Shown here piece by piece: positions 1 through 12,628 of a stretch of 64,000 nt of DNA. The notes below the pieces were generated by a model that had not been told where the DNA came from, made no database searches, and worked only from the letters and a program-made list of their open reading frames with translations. The stretch spans positions 6,370,626 to 6,434,625 of the forward strand of contig MU054220.1 in assembly GCA_013239625.1 (NCBI GenBank), read 5' to 3'. Source of the DNA: Lama guanicoe (taxonomy: Eukaryota). Within the stretch, counting starts at the first letter, position 1. The number at the start of each line of letters is the position of its first letter. The position numbers and the translations under genes are program-made.

Positions 1-1878
1 TCTTTATCCAGTCACCTGTTGATGGACATTTAGGTTGTTTCCATGTTTTGGCTATTGTAAATAGTGCTGCTATGAACATTGGGGTGCAGGTGTCATCCTG
101 AAGTAGATTTCCTTCTGGATACAAGCCCAGGAGTGGGATTCCTGGGTCATATGGTAAGTCTATTCCTAGTCTTTTGAGGAATCTCCACACTGTTTTCCAT
201 AGTGGCTGCACCAAACTGCATTCCCACCAGCAGTGTAGGAGGGTTCCCCTTTCTCCACAGCCTCTCCAGCATTTGTCATTTGTGGATTTTTGAATGACGG
301 CCATTCTGACTGGTGTGAGGTGATACCTCATTGTAGTTTTGATTTGCATTTCTCTGATAATTAGTGATATTGAACATTTTTTCATGTGCTTTTTGATCAT
401 TTGTATGTCTTCCTTGGAGAATTGCTTGTTTAGGTCTTCTGCCCATTTTTGGATTGGGTTGTTTATTTTTTTCTTATTGAGTCGTATGAGCTGCTTATAT
501 ATTTTGGAGATCAAGCCTTTGTCGGTTTCACTTGCAAAAATTTTCTCCCATTCCGTAGGTTTTCTTCTTGTTTTATTTCTGGTTTCCTTTGCTCTGCAGA
601 AGCTTGTAAGTTTCATTAGGTCCCATTTGTTTATTCTTGCTTTTATTTCTTCTAGGAGAAAATTTTTGAAATGTATGTCAGATAATGTTTTGCCTATGTT
701 TTCCTCTAGGAGGTTTATTGTATCTTGTCTTATGTTTAAGTCTTTAATCCATTTTGAGTTGATTTTTGTATATGGTGTAAGGGTGTGTTCTAGCTTCATT
801 GTTTTACATGCTGCTGTCCAGTTTTCCCAACACCATTTGCTGAAGAGACTGTCTTTATTCCATTGTATATTCTTGCCTCCTTTGTCGAAGATGAGTTGAC
901 CAAAAGTTTGTGGGTTCATTTCTGGGCTCTCTATTCTGTTCCATTGGTCTATATGTCTGTTTTGGTACCAATACCATGCTGTCTTGATGACTGTAGCTCT
1001 ATAGTATTGTCTGAAGTCTGGGAGAGTTATTCCTCCAGCCTCTTTCTTTCTCTTCAGTAATGCTTTAGCAATTCTAGGTCTTTGATGGTTCCATATAAAT
1101 TTTATTATGATTTGTTCTAGTTCTGTGAAATATGTCCTGGGTAATTGGATAGGGATTGCATTAAATCTGTAGATTGCCTTGGGCAGTGTGACCATTTTAA
1201 CAATATTGATTCTTCCAATCCAAGAGCATGGAATATCTTTCCATTTTTTAAAGTCTTCTTTAATTTCCTTCATCAATGGTTTATAGTTTTCTGTGTATAA
1301 TTCTTTCACCTCCTTGGTTAGATTTATTCCCAGATATTTTATTACTTTGGGTGCTATTTTAAAGGGGATTGTTTCTTTACTTTCTTTTTCTGTTGATTTA
1401 TCGTTAGTGTAAAGAAAGGCAACTGATTTTTGAACATTAATTTTGTAACCTGCTACCTTGCTGAATTCTTCGATCAGCTCTAGTAGCTTTTTTGTGGACC
1501 TTTTAGGGTTTTCTATATATAGTAACATGTCGTCAGCATATAATGACACTTTTACCTCTTCTTTTCCAATTTGGATCCCTTTTATTTCTTTCTCTTGCCT
1601 GATTGCTGTGGCTAGGACTTCCAGGACTATATTGAATAGGAGTGGTGATAGTGGGCATCCTTGTCTTGTCCCAGATTTTAGTGGGAAGCTTTTGAGTTTT
1701 TCACCGTTGAGAACTATGCTGGCTATAGGTTTGTCATATATAGCTTTTATTATGTTGAGATATGTTCCCTCTATACCCACTTTGGTAAGAGTTTTTATCA
1801 TAAATGGGTGTTGAATTTTATCAAATGCTTTTTCTGCATCGATTGAGATGATCATGTGGTTTTTGTCCTTTCTTTTGC
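1..1878 (-). mobile_element. Young LINE-1, 5'-truncated within the RT domain; 3' end lies beyond the window start
   Basis: Reverse complement translates without interruption to L1 ORF2: [101 protein letters not shown]1 similarity stops abruptly at about 1878. Confidence 0.97.
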
Positions 1879-1879
1879 T
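2..1879 (-). CDS. Partial L1 ORF2p (RT core plus C-terminal Cys-rich/CCHC region), about 626 open codons, no start or EN domain, runs off the window
   Basis: Manual translation found no stop or frameshift from 1879 to 2. YADD codons are at 1540-1529 and the CCHC motif is at about 271-218. The first upstream in-frame stop (TAG) is at 1885-1883 in flanking DNA. This is transposon-encoded, not a host gene. Confidence 0.88.
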
Positions 1880-1924
1880 GGTCTAAAAGTACAGTTAAAA
1901 TATTGGGGAAGAAGGAGTGCTGTT

Positions 1925-2092
1925 GTCAAATGCTTTTGGAAATTCTGGGTTAACACAGGAAACATCACTTTAATTCAGGGCCTCTCAGAGATACTAATAT
2001 GCTAACTTGCATTCCCCCATCTATGGAGTCACTCGGGCAGAGTTTCCTTTCAGTCTAGTAATTTGCAAAATGTATTTGGAGGAAATGCTGTC
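1925..2092. mobile_element. Ancient hAT-Charlie-like DNA transposon relic
   Basis: Degenerate 'ggaaattctgggttaaca...ctctcagag..taatatgctaa...ggaaatgctg' resembles recalled MER/Charlie consensus segments. Family uncertain. Confidence 0.35.
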
Positions 2093-3196
2093 CAGATGAC
2101 TTCTGACTTACATCATCTAATCATCAAATATATTATTTTAATAACATAAATCTCACAAAAGAATATATGGAAAATTTGTATGCTTTGGGTTTGCTTGGCT
2201 AAATTGTTGAAAACCTAACAGCAGCAGATTGGCAACTGTGAATGCAATATTTAGACAAGACCAGAATAGTTTTCAACAATTATATCACATCACATAGTTT
2301 AGAAATGTGAGCTATCTTAATTCAAGATGCCCAATATCCCCCTTGCTGATCCCATCTCTAGGGAATCAGGGTTGGAGGATGGGAAATTAAAGTCATGCCA
2401 GAAACAATACTAAAAATAAAAGTCCATGATCCAAAATGTGGAAGATTTTATATAAACTTAAGATTTTAGAGCAGCTAGTTAGAACCGCCTAGTAGCACAA
2501 CAACTGTGCAGCATGGGCACTTTTCTAAAATGATAAATTAGGCCCCCAAACCAAGGGTTCCAGCCCTAGACTGCAGTCAGTCTGGACTCTGGAGAAGGGC
2601 ATGCCTTTTTGTAATTCACTTGCTCCCAAAGGGACTCCTTTTTATAACTTTCACAAAGTCACGGTATAAGCTACTAGTAGATTAAAAAATCAAGGATTTG
2701 GAACCGAGGGGGTGCACAGTTTGAGATCACAGTTGGTGGACTAGAACATCATTCATACTGTTCAACATGATTTTACATGCTTTTTGATACATGTTATGAG
2801 AATGGGTGAGCTTAGCTTATATTACTAGAAGAGGAGTGGTCTGCAGTAGCATTTAGCACCAATTGAACATACCACATAGTAATTTTCCAGATACACTTTC
2901 AGAAACAAAGCTCTATTTTGCAGAGTCACAGGGTGAATGATACGGATTTATAGCAACCACTGAAAGTTGATTTGAATCATCCTGTATGGAAGCTGGCTTG
3001 GTTTTGATGTTATTTCTAGCTATTTAAATTCTTGAATGTAGATTGTGTAGGTTCTCTGATTTGATTTATATTAATTAGGATACATTCCAAGTCCTGCATT
3101 ACAATAGTGTCTTTTTAAAAGTTTATTTATTAGTTTAAGAGCTTTGGGAATGCATTCTGGAATCTTTTTCTTTTTAAGCATGTCTCACCTGTTTCA

Positions 3197-3275
3197 TAGG
3201 TTGAACAATATGAAATTGACAGTATTTAGCCGTATTTAACCTAAAACAAATGACCTTTTCACATGGCTCAATTTA
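3197..3275. mobile_element. MADE2-like Tc1/mariner MITE (about 80 bp)
   Basis: Imperfect terminal inverted repeats: TAGGTTGAACAATATGAAA versus the reverse complement of the right end, TAAATTGAGCCATGTGAAA (14/19). TA termini; size and sequence resemble MADE2. Confidence 0.7.
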
Positions 3276-4745
3276 GAAGGACCATATGTGATATTTCACC
3301 ATCTACCTGAAAAAAAAGCCGAAGACCACATTACTTTGGAAGGACAAAGATATGTTACTAGTGTCAGTGACACCTTAGAATGTCTAACTATGTCTGAGAA
3401 TGCCCTCTTGATATATAAACAAATTTGGAAGAATTAACAATATGAACAGTGTCCTGCCTCACTGTTAACATAGATTAAGATCACTTTTAGGATAACACAT
3501 ATTTAAGTTGTGCAGATGGGAAATTCTGTAGTTTGTATCTTACAAAGCGAGTGACAACTCACTGTGTATTCACATTTTCTGGCATTGTTTTCAGGCTCCA
3601 ATTTTGGGGATATAATTTAGACCCACATTCTTGCTCATAATGGCTCTGTGAAGGATAAGGTACATTTATTTTCTGCCTCTTTCTTCTTGTTGCCAAATTA
3701 TTATTCAGAAAGACAGATAATTACAAGGTGAAGGTTAACAGCCTGCTTCGCGTCCCTGAATCTCACCCCACTTCTCTTTCTCTCTTCCCTCCTGGACCTG
3801 TCTCTCTTTGCATTAGTCATGTTTCTTGGGTGAGCTCAGTTATCACAGAACAAATAGGAACGCTGGGCCACTTGCTGCATCCGCCACCATGTTTTGCCCA
3901 GGAGATTCTCTTAAGTGGGCACCTTTCCCCTGCCCCATAATGAAGGCATATTGGAGCCTCTACAGTAACAACCTTTATATTTCATATGCCCTCTCTGCAT
4001 TCATGTCTAGCCCGAGAAGAGTGAACTAAATGGGTGTCAACAGGGAAAAGAAGGTCAAGCTTTCAGAACTCTCAGGACTTGGAAGAGAGAAATTAATTTT
4101 GTTCTTTTGAGAGTAACTCTCTCTTCCTTTCCTTTTCAGTTCATGCCATCTTAATCTTCAAAGTTCTGTGCTTTTCTGAGATGGGAGTGAGTTGGAAGAG
4201 CAGGAGCATATTAAGTATCTGGTAGACAGTGTAGTTCTGATTTTTTTTTTTAAATGCAGAACACCCCACCTGTCGCTGCATTCCAGGAAGAGGGAATCAC
4301 TTCTATTTCAGAGTCTGATATCTTTGAGTTTTGGCTGTCTTTCATGGGATGGAGATATTTTTAAAGTGCATTGTGATGGGAGAATAAAGGATTCACCCAG
4401 AAGCAGTAAGAGCAAATGGTGCCACTTCTCTAAACCCTGATGGGCTTTCTATGTCACTTCTTAGAAACCTCTCAATAACTTAGGTAGAAAGTAGTAGGAG
4501 GCAACTCATAGGCTTGGAATTCAAGAGAGGTATCAATTACAGCCTTGGTTCTGCCATAGGGAAGGTATTCTAGAGATCTATATGCACCAGTGAAGATATA
4601 TATACTGCCATACAGTGATCAACTGGATGGCAGATGCTATGGCCAAGTCACCCTACAATTCAGTGAACTTTTTTTTTAGTGAAGTATAGTTAATTTACAA
4701 TTCTGTGTTTGTTTCTGATGTACAGCATGGCAACCAAATTTTTCA

Positions 4746-4791
4746 TATATATATATATATATGTATATATGTATACACATATATATATATA
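4746..4791. repeat. Imperfect (TA)n microsatellite in the L1 3'UTR
   Basis: atatatatatatatatatgtatatatgtatacacatatatatatat. Confidence 0.9.
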
Positions 4792-5164
4792 CTTTTTCAT
4801 TATAGGTTATTACAAGTTATAAATATAGTTCCCTGTGCTATATGATAGGACCCTGTTGTTTATTCTGTATATAGTAATTTGTATCAGCTAATCCCAAACT
4901 GCTGATTTAGCCCTCCTCCTTTCCCCTTGGTAATCGTAAGTTTGTGCTCGGTGTCTGGGAGTCTCTTTCTGTTTTGTAAATAAGTTTGTATCTTTTTTTT
5001 TTCTTTAGATTCCACATATAAGTGATATCATATGGGATTGGTCGTTCTCTGACTGACTTAACCTCACTTAGTGTGATCATCTCTAGGTCAATCCATGTTG
5101 CTGCAAATGGCATTATTTTATTTCTTTTTATGGCTGTGTAGTATTCCATTATGGATATGAAGAT

Positions 5165-5196
<32 letters not shown>

Positions 5197-5203
5197 ACAC
5201 ACA
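5165..5203. repeat. (CA)n microsatellite expanded inside the L1 ORF2 end
   Basis: AC repeats with one AT interruption, at the position of the L1 'WYIYT' coding segment. Confidence 0.95.
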
Positions 5204-8159
5204 TGCCACAACTTCTTTTTCCAGTCATCTGTTGATGGACACTTAGGTTGCTTCCATGTCTTAGCTATTGTAAGTAGTGCTGCTATGAACATTGGTATCT
5301 TTTTGAATTGGAGTTTTCTCTGGATATATGCCCCAGAGTGGAATTGCTAGATCATATGGTAAGTCTATTTTTAGTTTTTTAAGGCATCTCCGTACTGCTT
5401 TCCATAGTGACTGCACCAAATTACATTCCCACCAGCAGTGTAGGAGGGCTCCCGTTTCTCCACACCCTCTCCAGCAGTTATCATCTATGGATTTTTCTAA
5501 TGATGGCCATTCTGACTGGTGTGAGGTGTAGTTTTGATTCGCATTTCTCTGATAATTAGCAATATTGAGCTTCTTTTCATGTGCCTGTTGACCATCTGTT
5601 TGTCTTCATTGGAGAAATGTCTGTTTAGGTCTTTTGCCCATTTTTGGATTGGGTTGTTTGGTTTTTTGTTATTGAGTTGTAGGAGCTGTTTGTATATTCT
5701 GGAAGTTAAGCCATTGTCAGTCTCATCATTTGCAAATATTTTCTCCTAGTCCATGGGTTATCTTTTTTATTTTGTTTATTGTTTCCTTTGCTGTGCAAAA
5801 GCTTATAGATTCAGTTAGGTCCCATTTGTTTATTTTGCTTTTATGTCTATTGCTTTGGTACACTGCCCTAGGAAAATATTGCTGTAATTTATGTCAGAGA
5901 ATGTTTTGTCTATATTCTCTTCTAGAAGTTTTAGGGTGTCCTGTCTTAAGTTTAAGTCAGTGAGGTATGCTTATTTCCTTGCACAAAAAAACTTCATTTT
6001 ACTTTGGCTTTATTTTCCTCATCTGTAAACAGTTGGAATGCTGGTTGAAAAATATATCAGTGCAATAGAAATTTTCTTTAAATTGCTTATAAAATCTCCT
6101 AATATGAAAAAAATTAAAAGCTGAGGGTCTTCTCCGAAATGAGGATAAGAAACCTGAACCCTCACTGCTCACCAACCCTGCTCCCTGTCCTAAGACGCCT
6201 GCTTTCTGAGGTTACTCCATGCAGAACAATTTAAAGACCACTCTTGTTAAAATATTTATGTGGCCCCTTGGATTCTCACATTCCTCTCAGCTCATATGTA
6301 AAATCAGAGAATCTGTGCGAAATGGATTGATTTCATCCATGAAGAAATGATATTTGAAGGAGTCTAAGTACTTGGAGACTTTGTATTTTACAAAAAGCAT
6401 TAGACCCTTGAAATTTGAAAATTTAATGTTTGTAGGCTTACCTACTTTTGAGGCACATGCTGGAGTGATATTTGTACTATAGAGACTCAGGAATGCCATA
6501 GATGCACTGTGTTTGTGTGCTGAGTATAGCATCCCTCACCCCTCTACTGTAGCTTCTTAAAAGTCATCTTAAATGCCCGTATTTATTCAACAAGTGGGCA
6601 TTGTCCAGAAAGTAAATTAGAAGTAGGGCATTAAGGTAGGGATCATGGAATGTACATCGTCTATTAATTATGAACAACTGAATATCAACGTTCCTCTTCT
6701 GTAACTCAGGCTTTTCCGTCCGAGTTTCCTCACATAGGTCCTGCAATGCCATAGGCGTGACCAGAATATGTGGAAGGTATGATGTAAATGATCCTTCCAT
6801 ATAGATGCAGATGGCATTCTTTCCATTAATTGTGGATGTATATACTTTTCAAAGTAATTAACAGCAAACTTTAGTTTTTTTGGTCCTCCTCTGGTGTGAC
6901 AATTTTCTAATCCTGAAGGTGAGGACAGAAACATCGGCATCTGAGGTATTTACACACATACTGACAGTGGTGTCTGGCATTAGTTATAAACTCAATATTT
7001 TAACTGAGAGTAGATTAAGGGTTTTGCATGAACTTTTTGACTACTTACTATCTCGTATTTCCCCTTCTCAAATTTTTCAGGCAAGTTGCCAGTCTGTACT
7101 TCAATTGTCAATCAGTGTAACATAAAAAAGGTCTAAATATATTCAGCCAAGTTTAGAATGCTGTGTTAAGCAAAGTTAAATAAGATTCTTTACTGTAGAT
7201 CTTTTAAGAGACTTTTTTTAAAAGCTAAAGTACATTGTGAATTTCTAAGAGGAAGTGTATTTGTAGCATTTTGCAAACTTTTTTGACTACAGAGTACTGT
7301 TTTTCTTCTAGGAAATCTTATGAAATTAGTATTCTGAGAAACATACTTGCAATATATTGGCCTAGTCATTTTCAAGGAAGATTCATTTTAGGATATCACC
7401 ACTTCTTAATTTATCCCAATCTAATTTCAGTGAATTAGAAATAGAAAACAGAGTCAGGGAGAGATCTGCTTTGTTATTTTTCCGCTGGGGGAGTGAAAGG
7501 TAGAAGGAATCACGCTAGCAGGAATTTATAGTGAGAAAATTCTTTCCATGTTTGTGTAATCATTGTGTCTTCTGGGGGAACCCTCTCTGTGGAAAATTTC
7601 TGATTGCAAGTGCAGAATGACTAGAATCAATTTAATTTTTCATCGGAAGGGTGAGCAGTCTATGTTTTAAGGAGCACCAACTTCTACATCACATTAAATA
7701 TTGACAAACAACTGCAGTTCCTCTCTTTAATGTGCTTTTTTTGGTGCTTGGCCAAGCCAGGAAAATGAAAACCCCTTTGGGATCTGATATAGAATACAAT
7801 TCACTCTGCAATTTTGATGGTAAACATGGTAATAAATTAGGGAGTGTAATAAATATGCATGGAAGTACCCAGAATCCTTCTTCTACTCCCCGTGTTCCTC
7901 AGAACACTTTGTTGTCACCTCTATGCATTCTCTAAGAAAATATATGTGGACTAGGGCCATCAGAGTGACTGTAAACTCTCTCACGTTTCTTCATTCAATG
8001 TTTCCATTTAAATGTTTATTTTAAGTAGTTCATTTTTCAAATGCCTTTTGGAAATACCTAGCTATTCCAGAACCCATTACACAGCTCTCTTTATTTTTTA
8101 ATCTAAGGCACAAATTCTCTGTGTCTCTGCTCCTGCAGTTTCTAGTGCAGAGACTCTGA

Positions 8160-8510
8160 ATGAGGTCACAGAAATCTGCAGGGGTTGGATCATGTAGGAA
8201 CTTCTAAGACATGGTAAAGAACTCAGAATTTAAAACAATTGCAATGCTATAAATTAGGAGTTCAAGATTTGCAGATACTTACATATATAGTAGATAAACA
8301 ACAAATTCGTACTATATAGCACAGGGAACTATATTCAATATCTTATAGTAACTTATGATGAAAATGAATCTATGTATGTTTGTTTATAACTGGAACATTG
8401 TGCTGTACACCAGAAATTGACACAGCATTGTAAACTGACAGTACTTCAATAAAAATATATATACAAAAAAAAATTTCAATGGCAAGCCATTGGCTGGTTG
8501 AAGGAGAGCA
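8160..8510 (-). mobile_element. L2 relic split by an L1 3' fragment
   Basis: 'ggatcatgtaggaacttctaagacatggtaaagaactcagaattt...gcaatg' resumes after the L1 as 'gcaagccattggctggttgaag', matching a recalled L2 segment. Confidence 0.55.
8248..8473 (+). mobile_element. Short L1 3'UTR insertion with poly-A tail
   Basis: ataaattaggagttcaagatttgcagatac...tatagcacagggaactatattcaatatctt...tacttcaataaaa plus an A-tail. Degenerate TSD (aattgcaatg / atttcaatg). Confidence 0.88.
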
Positions 8511-10480
8511 GTGGTTCTTGTTCTTTTTGGTTTGATTCTTACATTATTGCTCTGTTTTCTGGATGGAAAATGGGCTGTGGGAAAGTAAAAGATGAAACAG
8601 GGAAATAGGTAAAAAGTAATTGCAGTTAACTCTGTCAATGACTAGGCATTTTACTGATGATAGTTTTCCCCACCAACCTTTGATCAGTGTAATGTCATAA
8701 CAGCAAGATTTCTGTTTTATTAATTTCTGCATATCCAACAACTAGCATCTCATAGACACTAGAACAGAATAAATTAATTTTAAAATTCTTTTTAAAAAAT
8801 ACAGTAAGAGATACACATAGACAAAAACAGTTAATCCTCATCTTTCCTCCAGTTTCACCTTCCTGAGTCAGAGATTAGATTGTGCTCTGCACCGTTTTAA
8901 GTCTAAAGACACAGTACTTAATAAAACAGCCAATTTCTTTCTTGGATTCCCAAGCTTTAGTGATAAAACGAAAGAGCTGGAACCCAGTACAACTCTTTGT
9001 TCAGCCCTCCTTCCACAAAAACTGAGCTCCTTTCTTTAGATCTTCACCATAATTGTTGCCCAGTGGTCTCTGTTTTGTTGTCCGTCTGTGTCAAGAGGAA
9101 GACACAAACCATCTGGGGTTCATAGTCAATAATGGTTCTTGACGTTTGTGTTCAACTTTCAATGCAAGAGTTACCAGAAGCAGCAGCTAATTGTATTTAT
9201 ATTATACACCCCCTACTTCACTTGTTCTTAATTTTAATTTGCAATTGAACATGCTCAGATAATCATTTATTAATTTTGGATCAAATAGCCAGTATTTACT
9301 GAGCAGTTTTTATTCAGTGCTGTTTAATGCGGAAACATGGAAATTTAAGATACGCTTCAGACCTTTAATTTAGCTGAGGAGATAAAACTAAAACTGTACT
9401 CACAGTTGTATTCCAGACTTCTTTGAATATAGCCAGTAATCAATAGACTTGTTTATTCCCTTCGTTTTGATTAAAAAATATCAATGGAGGATAATAGAAG
9501 TTGAGAAGAAAGAAAACTCATTGGTGAGGACTGGTCAAGATAGAAAGGCTTTATAGAAAGACTTTGCAAGGTGAATTAGTCCTGGAGGAACTTTTGAGAC
9601 CTAGAAAGGTTAGAAATATGTGGACATATTCTCTAGGGAGAAGAGAAATTTGTGAGCTACGGATTGGTGGGAGAATTAATAATGAGGTTATTAAAGCTGG
9701 AGCCAAAGGCATTTGTTACACATCAGAGGAACATGTTTTATTTCCTCATTTAATGGAAAGCTCTAGAAATAGAGGAATATCAATTAAATGTGCTAAAAAT
9801 TCAGAAGTTACCTGTGTGCTCTGATTAGTGGAAATGGCCATATTTTTTTCACTATGGAATGAAGTACAAGCCCCTCAAAATTTATTTTCTAATTGGTTTT
9901 TGGATAATAGTTGACTCTTATTTCCCCTAGGTACAATATTATAAATTGGAACCTCTTTCCTGGAACATCTGCCCATACCATAAAAACACCATAATCCATC
10001 ACAATACATGAGAAATAATATGCAATTTTATTAATGTTTATTATATAAGTAAACATAAAACAGTATTCAAACTTCACTGTAAATATTCCCTTTGGAAGGG
10101 TTTGTTTCTTTTCTGGGATAGATCAGCAAAGCTGCTTAGAAGATAAGACTCAGCATGTTTATTGAAGACTCTTCACTTTCTGCTTAACCTATCGATAAGA
10201 AAAAAAGTTATTGTTCATTGTTCTAAGTATATTTGAATTATATCTAAAATTTGTCTAATTTTTCTTGAATTTTTTATTATTTCAACATGTATGTAGGGCC
10301 AAAAAGTATTGGAACTGTACAATTTTTCATGGGCAACTTTTTTTTTCCTCTTTAATCATCCCGCGTTCTTCCATTCCAGTAAGAATCAGTTGAATTGCAA
10401 CTCACTTCTCAGTTATCAGGTGTCTTGATGCAGATGACAGTTGTTAGCCATACGTACTTGTACATTTGGTTCAACAATGG

Positions 10481-10925
10481 TATCATGGGTTGAACCGTGG
10501 TCCTCAAAAGGTATGCCTGAATTCCAACCCCTGGTACTGTCCATATGACCTTATCAAGAAAAATTATCATTAGAGATATAATTCAGTGAAGGATCTTGTG
10601 AAGAGATCATTTTGGGTTAATTAGATGGGTCCTAAATCCAATGACAACTGTCATAAAAAGAAGAGACATACACAGAGGGAAAAGGCCCCATGAAGACAGA
10701 CACAGAGATGAGAGTTATGCTACCTCTGGTCAGGGAATGCCTGGAGACGCTGGAAGCTGGAAGAGGCCAGAAAGTGTCCTTTCCTAGTGCTTTTGGAGGA
10801 AATTGGACTCTGCTGACACTTTGACTTGGACCTCTGGTCTCCAGAACTGTGAAAGTATAAATTTCTGTGGTTTTAAGCCACCAAATCTGTGGTAATTTGT
10901 TATGGCAGTCTAGGAAACTAATATC
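10481..10925 (+). mobile_element. MaLR solo LTR (MLT1C/D-like)
   Basis: Typical MLT1 motifs (gggtcctaaatccaatgacaactg, ccagaactgtga, gtggtaatttgttatggcagtctaggaaactaat). Perfect 5-bp TSD AATGG at 10476-10480 and 10926-10930. Confidence 0.9.
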
Positions 10926-11628
10926 AATGGGGGGACTACTTATTTATAATAAAATAAGCCATAAAAATTTTTTGAGACAAGTTTTCATTGGGAGTCCTTT
11001 GTAATTAGTCCCAGGAAGAGATTAAAAAGGCTTGTGTAGGGAGCAGAAGACCAATGCTAAATGATTACTGAGAACATCTTTAAATATGTAAATTTGGTAT
11101 ATTTAGTGCTTCTACATGGCTAATGACCTAATAGAAGAATAGACCTCATCTGAAGTAAAATATTATATGAAAATAGTAACAGAGTATCTAGTGGCCTAAT
11201 AACTATTAATATTTAAAGTACTGTTGTAATTCATAGAACCTTAGGTTCAGTAATAATGGAGGTAATCATGCTAGTATTAATAATAACAGTTATTGTAATG
11301 GTAGTGGTAGGAGTGATTATGGACGTAGTGATAATTGGTATCATTCATTGAGATTCAAGAGTAGTCATTTAATCTTACTAGCCTCAGTTGTCTTCTCTGA
11401 AAAATAAGAAGAGGATACAAAGCTTTAGTGCCTCTCCTATTCAGAAATTCCTTGGGGATGTCACTCTTTTGGATAAACCAGATATTGGTGTGCATGAAAA
11501 AGTTATATCAAGATGACTTCCCAAGTCCAAGATAATAAAATACACACCATATCAATTCTGAACTCTATACAACCATATTATCAACATGTCTTTTATTCTG
11601 GGAAGTTTAAAATCAAACTTGAATTACC

Positions 11629-12628
11629 AGCTCATAGTGCTCAGTATTTAAATAAAAAAAAAAAAGACAAACAACCCAATCAAAAACTGGGCAGAACACC
11701 TAAGTAAACATTTCTCCAAAGAAGACATGCATACGACCAATAGGCACAAGAAAAGATGCTCAACATCGCAGATTATTAGAAATATAATTGAGATATCACC
11801 TTACACCAGTCAGAATGGCCATAATCAAAAGTCTACAAATAATAAATACCAGAGAGGATGTGGAGAAAAGGGAACCCTCCTACACTGTTGGTGGGAATGT
11901 AAATTGGTGCAACCACTATGGAGGACGGTATGGAGGTTCCTTAAAAAACTAAAAATAGAGTTACCATATGACCCAGCAGTCCCACTCCTGGGCATATATC
12001 TGGAAAAAAATGAAAACTCAAATTCAAAAAGATACATGCACCCCAATGTTCATAGCAGCACTATTTACAATAGCCAAGACATGGAAGGAACCTAAGTGTC
12101 CATTGACAGATGACTGGATAAAGAAAATGTGGTACATATATACAATGGAATATTACTCAACCACAAAAAGAAACAAAATAATGCCATTTGCAACAAAATA
12201 GGTAAACCTAGAGATTATCATACTAAATGAAATCAGACAGAGAAAGACAAAGATATGATGCTACTTATATGTGGAATCTAAAAAAATGACACAAACTTCC
12301 TTAACGAAACAGAAGGAGATCCCAGTCATTGAACACAAACTTATGGTTAACAAAGGGGAAAGGGGGAAGGGATAAAGTAGGAGTCTGAGATTAACAGATA
12401 CACATGACTATATCTAAAATACATAAACAACGATGTCCTACTGTATACCACAGGGAACTATATTTAATATCTTATAATAATCTACAATGGAAAAGAATCT
12501 ACAATGAAAAATAATATATATACACATATATAAATATGTGTGTATCTGAATCACTATGCTGTACATCCGAAACTATAACACAACATTGTAAATCAACTAT
12601 ACTTCAAAAAAAAATCAAAAGCAATAAC
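11629..12628 (+). mobile_element. 5'-truncated LINE-1 (ORF2 C-terminus, 3'UTR and A-tail) with TSD
   Basis: Frameshifted ORF2 pieces ([46 protein letters not shown]), 3'UTR and A-rich tail. Direct repeat CTTGAATTACC at 11618-11628 and 12629-12639. Confidence 0.93.

Larger units (their letters stand above)
4669..5958 (-). mobile_element. Older 5'-truncated LINE-1 (ORF2 3' end, 3'UTR and poly-A)
   Basis: T-run at 4669-4677 followed by an L1 3'UTR (gaagtatagttaatttacaa..., tagttccctgtgctata). The ORF2 C-terminus (MEYYTAIKRNKIMPFAATW) and segments homologous to the 1-1878 element are present but carry indels. Only a weak TSD candidate (TCAGTGA at 4660-4666 and 5957-5963). Confidence 0.93.

Noticed and set aside
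339..1814. Plus-strand hydrophobic ORFs (186, 65 and 118 aa)
   Set aside because: Antisense shadows of the A-rich L1 ORF2, not membrane proteins.
3595..3659. Plus-strand exon-like segment (ttttcAG...AAG|gtacat)
   Set aside because: Stops in all three frames and a weak donor. Unsupported as coding, and cannot be assessed as non-coding.
4907..5963. ORFs in the second L1, including the (VC)n ORF
   Set aside because: Fragments or antisense frames of a decayed L1 plus a CA microsatellite.
11727..12201. 122-aa and 77-aa ORFs with zinc-knuckle-like Cys/His
   Set aside because: Frameshifted L1 ORF2 C-terminus.
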